Assembly: GCA_043228905.1 (NCBI GenBank)
Contig: JBHGNT010000383.1
Span: 1 to 29,956 of the forward strand
Reading direction: 5' to 3'
DNA: 29,956 nt
DNA from: Azolla caroliniana
Taxonomy: Eukaryota > Plantae > Polypodiophyta
The notes beneath the pieces were generated by a model, which saw nothing but the letters and a program-made list of their open reading frames with translations, made no database searches and was not told the DNA's origin. Position numbers and translations under genes: made by a program. Below, piece by piece: positions 20,849 to 29,956 of the stretch. Within the stretch, counting starts at the first letter, position 1. Every line of letters starts with the position of its first letter.

Positions 20849-23800
20849 ATAAATAATAATGTAAATAAAGATATTCCTTGTACAATCTCATCTAATGGTG
20901 CTACTTTTATACTAAAAGTAAATAATAATAAAATACAAAATGCTTTCGAGTACTTAAAGTGTTCTGGATTAATAGATGATGATGAAGAAATTCAGGATAT
21001 GTTTGAAGAATTAAGTTTTGAAGATACAATAACTCATTTGGAAGCAATGGAAGAAGACAACGAAATCCAAGTTCCTGTCCATTCAATCAAGATGTACGAG
21101 GTCATTGAAGAAGTTGCTCGAAAGGATCATGAAGCACATGTACTAACAAAGTACAAGACAGTAGAGAAGAAGGTTCGTCCTATTGCTGCTCCACTTCCAG
21201 GGGATAGTGAAAAGGCAATCAAAGAAGCAGCCACAGAGCCAATGATCAGAGACCCACGAAAGGTAAGACATGTGTTTACTCCGGAAACAATACAAGGGAT
21301 GAAAATAGGAGGGGGTGACTTCCTATTACCCGCTGAAGAAAAGCAGTTCAGGGAGATGTTAAAAAGGCATGGAAAGGCGTTCGCATTCCAACCGGAGGAA
21401 ATAGGGTGTGTGGATCCAGAAATTGTGGAGCCCATGGTTATATTCACTATCCCTCATATTCCATGGAACTTTAAGCCAATACCCATGCCTAGGGCTAGAA
21501 TCCCTCAACTATTAGAACTTTTGAAAGAAAAGATAAGGATGGGTATCTTGGAACCATCGAACGCTCCTTACTCGAGTCGATGGTTCACTGTGTTAAAGAA
21601 AGATGGGCGACTCTGATTTATCCAAGATATGCAACTCGTGAATAAGGTAACAATCCGAAACTCGGGAGTAGGGCCAATTGTGGATGAGTTTGCTGAGATG
21701 TTTGCAGGAAGAGCTATATATTCAATGGGAGACCTTTATTTCGGGTATGATCAATTTCAACTTGCTATCAAAAGTCGAGATATAACTTCTATCAAGACAC
21801 CTATAGGGTTAGTACGGATGTGCACCTTGCCGCAAGGAGCGACCAACTCAGTGGCGCATATGATGAATGGAATGAACAAGGTACTTCGTGATTTTATTCC
21901 TCATATTACAATGCCTTTTCTAGATGATGTTCCAATTAAGGGATGCAAGGAGGAAGAGAAGAACGAGGAATTGGACGAAAGTGGTTGCCGTCAATTCGTT
22001 GCTGATCATATCAAGGATTGTGAGAAGGTGCTATCAAGGATGGAAGAAGTGCATTTGACCTTATCAGGGGCGAAGTCAATATTTGGGGCAAAAGAGATAT
22101 TAATAGTTGGTCATATGTGTGGCCCATATGGGAGAAAGCCATCCCCAACCAAGGTCAATGCAATTCAAAATATGCAAGAGGAATGTACATCCATCTCAGA
22201 AGTACGAAGGTTTCTGGGGGTATGTGTTTTTTACTGTAAATGGATTCCGCATTATGCCCATTTATCTGAACCTTTATATAGACTCCTAAGAAAAGGAGAG
22301 ACATTTGAATGGAGTGAAGAGCATTCAGAGGCAATGAAGAAATTGAAGTACTACTTGGCACAAGCTCCACCATTAAAGCAACCAGACTACACCCGACCCA
22401 TACATCTCACAGTAGACTCTAGTCCCATTGGAATTGGATGGGTGATAAGCCAACAAGATAGGGAAGAAAGGTATCCAGTCCGATTCGGGGCAAAGGTTCT
22501 TAGTGGTCGACAAAGAAAATATGCACAGGTGAAAAGAGAGCTATGGGGGATAGTAACAGCTGTAAAGACAGACAGAGATTACTTAATTGGTGCTGAAGTA
22601 ATAATAGAAACAGATTGTTTGCCTATTTTGGGTATCATAGCTAATTGTGATATTCCAGATCAAGCCATGTTAAGATGGTGTATCTATATTAGATCAATCA
22701 ACCCTGAAGTTCAACATATCTCTGGGAATAGAAATGCAGTAGCAGATATGTTATCAAGAGCAAGGTATGAGGAAGAGGAGATTCCAGACTCGGACGATGA
22801 GGACAAAGAACAAACAGTCCTTACCACAAGCATTACTCGGGAAGGAGGAATGCAGTTTCTAGAAGAGGAGTATGAAGAAGAATTCAAGAAAATAGGGAAA
22901 TACCTACAAACCCCTGACAAGTACAAAGGTCGATCCGGAAAAGAGTTCGCACAGTTTCGCAAGAAAGCCCATAAGTTCTTCCTGCATGAAGGATATCTAT
23001 GGCGACATCCAAAAACCAAGACTGGAAACCCGCAAAGAGTAATAGGTTCTGAAGGGCAATGAAAGGAGATAATCAGAGAGCTGCATGACAAAGAATGGGC
23101 TAGTCATCGAGGAGTGTGGGCCACTTTCAGTAAGATTAAAGAACGATTTTGGTGGCCTCGATACTATGAGCAAATAAAAAAGTATGTGGAAACTTGTCCC
23201 ACTTGTCAATATTATTCAAATGTAAAATTTTGTGATGAATTACACCCAACATACTCACCGGGGGTGCATTACAAGTGGATGATAGATTTGGTAACAATGC
23301 CACTTGGAGTAGGACAAAAGAGATACTTGGTTCTTGCTAGAGAAGATCTAACAAATCAAGTGGAAGGTCGTTCATTGAGAACAAAAGGGACATTAGGAGT
23401 ATGTCAATTCATCTTGGAGGACATTGTTTGTAGATATGGATGTATCGGGAAGATAGTGGCAGATAGGGGAGAACTCAATTCTGTGGAAGCTCAAGATTTT
23501 TTCGACAAAATAGGAATTCGGCTTTCTTTGACAACGGCGTACAATCCAGAAACTAATGGAAAGGTAGAAAGGGGACATGGGCTAATAGTCAAAGCTTTGG
23601 CAAAGGCATGTAGTGGACGGGTTAGTGATTGGCCAAAAACCTTACCCTATGCACTATGGGCTGATAGGACAACTCACATCACTGTTACTGGATATATGCC
23701 TGCAGAATTAATCACAGGACCGAAGCCAATAATGCCAATTGAAGAAAAGATAACTACATGGGTTGTGTTGCCTTGGGAATCGGAAATGAGTAGGGAAGAT

Positions 23801-24230
23801 TTACTTGCGGTTCGAATACGACAACTTCAATCAAGGATAGAAGACATAGAAAAAGCAGCTACTAGATTGAAAGAGGCAAGAATCAAGAATAAGGACAGAT
23901 TTGACAAGATGAAAAGAATACGACCAAGAAAGGTGCAAGAGGGAGATTGGGTATTAGTATATGATAATAGCCTAGATAATCAATACAGTACTATTCGGAA
24001 GTTTGCAAAAAGATGGTTTGGACCTTATGAAGTTAGGAAAATAACAGATAAAGCCACATATTTCCTCAATGAATTAGATGGGACAGAAATTCGTATCCCA
24101 ATTGCAGGAAAAAGGATTAAAATATTTAAAAGGAGGGAGTCATTAGAGCCTGAATTTTATGAAGAAGTAGAAGAACTAAAAGAATCGGAAGAAGTGTTGG
24201 ACGAACTCTGCACAACCAATGTGCAAGTTC

Positions 24231-24242
24231 AGAGGGGGTGGG
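24231..24242 (+). promoter_or_regulatory. Polypurine tract of Gypsy C
   Basis: AGAGGGGGTGGG before TGTCGTG. Confidence 0.82.
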
Positions 24243-25173
24243 TGTCGTGAAGAATGTGCTTCACGATATAAAAATGAGCTTAAATGTTGTATTTAATAAT
24301 ATTTGAGAGACTTGAACCCACATCCTTATATACGATGTACAATGTACATACCACTAGGCTAGGCTATTTATTTGTAAAAGTGTGTAATAAATGTGCTTCA
24401 TGATATAAGAATGAAGCTATATATTGTATTAAGTAAAATTGAGGGACTTGAACCCTCAACCTTGTATACCAAGCACCAAGCATACACCACTAAGCTAGGT
24501 TAGTTATTTTAGAATGCATTTTCATCATTATAATTATCTCATATCTATTTTCATACATAGCCATCATTCATCACATGCAATGCATGTGCGCCAAATGGCG
24601 ATCATGCATTACATGTAACTCATGCATTACATGCATGACATTACCATATGCATGGAAATACTTATAAAAAGAGGGGAAAGGAAAACAAAAAGGAAGGAAT
24701 AAAGAGAGAGTGAGAAAATAATACAATCAAGTAAAGAAGATTAGCTCATTGGGTGGAGAACCTCTCGTTTCGAAGTTGATGTCGTGGGTTCAAATCAAGG
24801 GTCGATAGAGAATGTGTTCAGTTTGCGATCAAGGATTGTAAAGTTGGTAAAATATTGTCTTTTTAATATACATCATGTTTATATCATATACTCTTGCTTC
24901 TTGAATCATACTTTGTCTCAATCTTATTCTAGAATCATACTTTGTCGCAATCTTCTTTCTTGAATCATACATTGTCTCTATCTTTTATCTATGCTCGTCT
25001 CTCTCTCTCTCTCACACACACACACAGACACACACATTACTCGTAACTCTTCTTCTTACTATCCTTAACCATTCTATCATCACCATACAAGCCTTATTAA
25101 AAGTTAAGTTTCTTCAACTCCGCTTAACCTTAGTCCCCGCGACTTCGCCGCACGAACCACAACTACCCTGACA
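24243..25173 (+). repeat. 3' LTR of Gypsy C (931 bp) with a ~137-bp tandem duplication and tRNA-like modules
   Basis: TGTCGTG...TGACA; AATGTGCTTCA(C/T)GATATAA at 24253 and 24390. Confidence 0.93.
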
Positions 25174-25335
25174 CCGGTAGGCCTCCAAATAGCTCGCGGC
25201 GTCCTTCCCACCGAACCGGCCTATCGCGCCGACGACCGCTTCAATAGCCCTATCGAGGGCACCTGCGCCTTCGCGCGCACTCACAATCCGATCCACAGCC
25301 GAAGCCATGGCTTCCGCGAGATCCGACCCCCTCAT
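25174..25335 (-). pseudogene. gag: Gypsy D gag N-terminus
   Basis: LDRAIEAVVGAIGRFGGKDAASYLEAYR aligns to C (IDKAVDNILARVGIFKGINLTRFLKIYN). Confidence 0.85.
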
Positions 25336-26066
25336 CTTTCTATTCCTCTACCGCCTGTTCACATCGAGTTCACCAAATATGTCGCGTTGTTACACTCGTG
25401 CGTGGAGAACGAGGCGGGACCACCGGGGTCTTGGACCGAGAAATAGCTGAGAAGGAGGAGAACGGAAAGGCAACAGACGCACTTGCACACGCACAGACAC
25501 GGGAGCACACACGAATCACAATCCAACAACACATCAAAACGAGATGACTAGAAGTCCGAGTATATGAACACGTATGTATATAAATATATATATATATATC
25601 AAGACGGTTACAACCAACAGGCCGGCAAGGCGAACACCGACGCGTGTTCACTCCCACACAGAAGAGCGAGATGGAGACTCTACCGGAAGCACACGGGCGT
25701 TCCACGAAGCAAGTCAGCCTCCCGAAAACCTGCGCAAAATGGCTATGGAGAGTGGCACAGGAGAAGAGCTCGGTCCCAGTCCAGCAGCACTTCGTCCTCT
25801 CTAACGCGCGATACCCTTTCCATTCATCTCCCTCTCTTTTATAGCCCAAGGAGGGAGGCCGTTATCATCCGTCACATTAATTCTCTGTCCTTTCAGACAG
25901 AGATACACCTCGATTCTCTCCCTATCGAATGTGTGCTACCTAGGATTTCACCTCAGCCGACTTGTACCTACCTACTTACTATACAACGAAAAGTGTGCTC
26001 GCGTGTAAGGGCCGGTTTACACATGCTAAACTCGGTTTCCGCCTAGGGACGGTTTTCTTCACGACA
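25174..26066 (-). mobile_element. Ty3/Gypsy element D, 5' remnant (LTR 25380-26066, tRNA-Trp PBS 25358-25375, gag start), interrupted by C and inserted in E
   Basis: Minus strand reads TGTCGTG...GCGACA, TATT, TGGTGAACTCGATGTGAA, then gag homologous to B and C. Confidence 0.9.
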
Positions 26067-28863
26067 ACGGTGCCACATGTACCATGGAACATCAAGCCAA
26101 TCCCGGTTCCAAGAGCTCACATCCCGAAGTTGATTGAGCTACTCAAGGAAAAGATCGAGATGGGTATCCTGGAGGCATCAAGCGCCCCATGTCGTTCCTC
26201 AATGACATCCCCATAAAAGGGTGCTCTGAAGTGGAGAAAGATGAAACCTTGGACGAGGATGGGTGCAGACGTTTTGTGGCATATCACATCTCCGATTGCG
26301 AGAAGGTTCTACAAAGACTCGAAGATGCACGCTTGACCTTCTCCGGTGAGAAATCGGCATTTGGCCAACCGGAGATCCTTGTGGTGGGACACTTGTGCGG
26401 GGCGTACGGATGGAAGCCGTCCCCGGCAAGGGTGGACGCCATCACAGACATGAGGGAAGAATGTAAATCGCAAACAGAGGTGAGGCGATTTCTTGGTGCC
26501 TGTGCATTCTACCACATCTAGATCCTGCACTATGCTCACCTAGCCGAGCCCTTGTATGGGCTACTCAAGAAGGGGTGGAAGTTCAAGTGGGAGGAAGAGC
26601 ACATAGAGGCAATGAAGAGGCTCAAAGGAATGTTGGTAGCGGCACTAGCCTTACGAAAAGCCATATACAAGGAAGGGGTGCCCATCTACATGACGGTAGA
26701 TACGAGTCCCACCGGGATCAGATGGGTCATAAACCAAGAAGGAGAGGATGGTACACGCTATGCCATCTGGTTCGGAGCCAAGGTCTTAAGCGAGCGACAA
26801 GGAGGATACACCCAAGTAAAACGTGAGCTTTGGGGTATTGTGTCCGCAGTAAAGGTGGATAAAGATTACCTAATCAAGTTAGAGGTGGTAATAGAGACGG
26901 ATTTCCTTCCAATCCTAGGGATGGTTTCGGGATATGCAACACTTGACCTAGCTATGCTAAGGTGGATTGTTTACATCAAATCAATGAACCTAGAGATTCA
27001 CCACATTTCAGGGAAGAACAATGCCATGGTAGATATGCTATCGAGGGCAAGTTTCGAGTGCGAAAGCATGGTGTTTGAAGATGAGGATGTCGCTCTTGAC
27101 TTCTTTAAGACGGCCCAAGCGTCTATAGATGATCAAGATGTGTGAGTACTCCATGCCTTCAATGAAAGTGAATACGAAGGGGAGTGGCTACACATTGGCA
27201 AGTTATTAAGCTCAATGATGGTGGATAGTTCATGGTCGAAGCAGGAAGCATAGAGAGTCTGAAAGAAAGTGTACAAGTACTTCCTACGAGGGGGATTCCT
27301 CTAGAGGCACCCGAAGAGAAGGACAGGGACGCCACAATGAGTGGTCATAAAGGAAGAAGACCAGACAACATTGGTGTAAAAGAATATGTTGTGCGGAAGC
27401 GTGTGCGTAAACACAGAGTACACAGTTCGGAGGAATAAGACAATTCAGTAAAACACAGAAAACGCAAAGATGGAGATGGAGAGAGAGAGAGCAAACAACA
27501 AAAAACTCAGATTCAAAATAATGACGCTTTGTTCTGTGTACATACTTCGTGCTCAGTGAGCACCTTATATACAAGCCCTAACAATCGGGCTGACACAAGT
27601 ACTGATAGTACTTGACGCTCATAAATGAGCCGCGACACTCACTCCCAAAATTATTCCTTACGAGGAATAACGCTCTAACGGCCTTTTTGGTTTTCACACC
27701 GATGCGGCCCTCTTGTGTGTACTTTTTCACGCACCCAGTCTATGCACTGGGTTACGCTGCGTACTTCGCACCGAATGTTGAGCTTGTCTCTCAACAATTG
27801 GTGTCTTAGTTCCACAAGAGTCCTTGGGTGGGCCATAGAGGAACGTGGGCAACATTTGAGAAGTTAAAGGAGAAGTATTGGTGGTCGGGAATGTACAAGG
27901 ATGTCACCTATTTCGTGGGGACGTGTGAAAGCTGCCAAATACACTCCAACATACGCCATAGGGACGAGTTGCACCCGACCTACCCACTCACCATACACTT
28001 CAAATGGATGGTGGATTTGGTTTCGATGCCAATGGGAGTGGGCCAAAGGAAATATTTGGCGCTAGCAAGAGAAGACCTAACAAACCAAGTAGAAGGGCAA
28101 GCCTTAGCAAACAAAACGACGACGGAGGTGTGTAAATTCTTACTTGAGGATGTCATCTACCAGTACGGATGTGTGGGGAAGATAGTGGCCGACAAAGGAG
28201 AGTTGAATGCTCACGAAGCTACAGAGCTCTTTGACCGACTTGGAGTGAAGCTTTCTCTCACGACTACTTATAACCCGGAGGCTAATGGAAGATAGAACGC
28301 GGACACGAGCCTATTGTAAAAGTCATTGTAAGAGCTTGGGATGGGTGAGTCAGGAATTGGCCTTGGTTACTACCTTATGCCTTGTGGGCCGACAGAACAA
28401 CTCATAGCTCAGTTACAGGTTTCATGCCAGCTGAACTCATGTACGGACAAAAGCCGGTGATGCCCATTGAAGACACGATCGCTTCATGGGTAGCGATGCC
28501 ATGGGAAAACGAGATGAGTCGAGAAGAGCTTCTAGCAACAAGGATAAGGAAACTTGAGAGAAGACCTGAAGACTTGGAGTTGGCAAAGGAGAGGTTAGAA
28601 GCGGCTACGCTAAGTAATAAAGCCCGGTTTGACAAGACACGCTGACTACGCCCTCAGAAGATCAAAGAAGGAGACTGGGTGATTGTATATAATAGTAGTC
28701 TCGACAATCAACATAGCTTGATGCGGAAATTCGCAAAGCAATGGTTCGGGTCGTACGTGGTAACAAGTGCAAACGATAATGCTACCTACCACCTCGTTGA
28801 ACTCGATGGGACTAAGCTGGTAGTACCAATATCAGGGAAGCAGGTCAAAATCTTCAAAAAGTG
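26067..28863 (+). pseudogene. pol: Gypsy E RT-RNase H-integrase, degenerate
   Basis: TVPHVPWNIKPIPVPRAH; ~345-bp deletion near 26188; TVDTSPTG; GHRG..CESC; ADKGE; many stops; interrupted by a solo LTR. Confidence 0.9.
27375..27796 (-). mobile_element. Solo LTR (422 bp, probably Copia) with 5-bp TSD ATTGG
   Basis: TG...CA; ATTGG at 27370-27374 and 27797-27801. Removal restores EEDQTTLVS*FHKSPWVGHRG. Minus-strand TATATAAGG is followed by a CT tract. Confidence 0.9.
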
Positions 28864-29020
28864 ACACGACAAGGATCCAAACCTCGATGACCTTGACGAA
28901 GATAACGCTGAGCAAACAACAAGCTGCGGGATCAATGAGGAGGAGGAAATGAACTATTGACCACCCTCAGCCCGCCATTCTTGGCACATACCGGAGGATG
29001 TGCGGTTTGGTGGGGGTGGA

Positions 29021-29956
29021 TGTCATGATGTGGCGTGCTCGAGAGTGGGAAAAACCGGCGAAAGGGGGTGTTCAAAATGTGCATGTGTAATGTGTGTGCA
29101 CACAAATTAATTGCACACATGAAAAAGAAAAGGGAAAAGAAAGGGGTGGAAAGGATGCATAGAAGGCTGTGTAAAAAGTAAGAGAGAGGAGAGATAAAAA
29201 GTAGAGGGGAGACAGGCTAAGAATTTAGAGAGATAGAATCATATATTATATAAGAGAGAGTTAATGGGATAGAGGATAGTCACATTGACTTCTAGCTAAA
29301 GATGCAAGGTTTAAATCTAGCCTTATAATTAAGTGTGATTTAAGGAATTTTATTCCTTTTTGCATTAAAGACGAAATTGGCAACCCCCCTTCCTTTTTTC
29401 CTACAAAAGGAGGTCGAGGGGGACTCATTCGAGAGGACGTTTTGGGAGGAGGAGACTATCGCCATTTTTCCTTCGGAGCTCTTCATCTTCTTATTCACCA
29501 CTTCTCTTCATCTCATACCCCTTCATCCCCCCACCGCCACGTGCTCGTCTTCTTCGAGTCCGCACTCGAAGTGCTCGTAAGCCCAAGCTTCGTTGGTTCG
29601 ATGTTGCTCCGCCCCGTTCGTCGTTGCGAGCCCGTGTGCTCGCCGTTCGGGTGGTCGTGGTTCGTTGGGATTGGCATTTTGGTGGTGCTCGTGTGTTCAT
29701 CTTCACCGTGTTCGAATTTGCTCTTGTCTCTAAGGGCATTTAGTATTTATGTTTTAATTGAGCTTGTGGTTAACTATAAGTTGCCATTGTAATCAAACCC
29801 TATTTTATAAAGGGTCCTCTTGCGTTGGAATTGAACACGTATTTATTTCTTTAGCCGATATCATTCATGTTTCTTTCTTTCCTTCTTTCTTTGTTCGTGT
29901 CTTCCTTATACGTTCGGCCGTCTTGTGACGAGGGAGCGTTTCGGGCGTGCCCATGC
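29021..29956 (+). repeat. 3' LTR of Gypsy E (incomplete at the window end)
   Basis: Starts TGTCATG directly after the PPT; no ...GACA terminus inside the window. Confidence 0.8.

Larger units (their letters stand above)
20786..24250 (+). pseudogene. pol: Gypsy C ORF2 RT-RNase H-integrase; single frame with two premature TGA (21614, 23060)
   Basis: TLPQGATNS, PFLDD, TVDSSPIGIG, ETDC, NAVADMLSR, CPTC, ADRGE, WFGPY; no chromodomain. Confidence 0.93.
17942..25173 (+). mobile_element. Ty3/Gypsy element C (same lineage as B), young and nearly complete; 5' LTR lacks its first ~230 bp
   Basis: LTRs ~99% identical by hand count; tRNA-Trp PBS; intact ORF1; pol with two stops; PPT. Confidence 0.95.
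26067..29956 (+). mobile_element. Ty3/Gypsy element E, 3' half (pol, PPT ~29008-29020, 3' LTR running off the window)
   Basis: pol collinear with B and C; TGGTGGGGGTGGA followed by TGTCATG. Confidence 0.9.

Noticed and set aside
24305-24502. Functional tRNA genes in the LTR
   Set aside because: No acceptor stem and imperfect arms; reported only as tRNA-like modules
25370-26216. ORFs of 159/160 aa as an extra (env-like) gene
   Set aside because: They lie in the Gypsy D LTR, run through a TA microsatellite and show no domain features

Overview
Plant nuclear heterochromatin, most likely from the moss Physcomitrium patens or a relative (inferred from the element types, not database-confirmed). 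No host protein-coding gene is visible. The first 1.3 kb holds an SRP (7SL) RNA gene with a plant Pol III USE+TATA promoter and T-run terminator, followed by scrambled duplications of its 3' half. The rest is a deep nest of LTR retrotransposons. Copia A (2285-) was split by full-length Gypsy B (4310-16669, 4-bp TSD ACAT). B carries a 3'-truncated Copia F in its protease and a ~437-bp organelle-like insert (degenerate group II intron domain V) in its 3' LTR. About 90 bp further into Copia A a Tork-like Copia G inserted. A deletion joins G to young Gypsy C (17942-25173), which sits in the gag of minus-strand Gypsy D, which sits in the pol of Gypsy E. E also carries a hairpin-rich solo LTR. The Gypsy copies with a visible PBS (B, C, D) are tRNA-Trp-primed, and those with a visible integrase end (B, C, E) lack a chromodomain. 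Comparing them reveals shared cis-elements: a GGATTTT slippery site plus covarying pseudoknot that predicts -1 frameshifting between gag-PR and RT-RH-IN, tRNA-like A/B-box modules in the LTRs, and a conserved hairpin just before the PPT. A U3 segment is also shared between a Gypsy and a Copia LTR.
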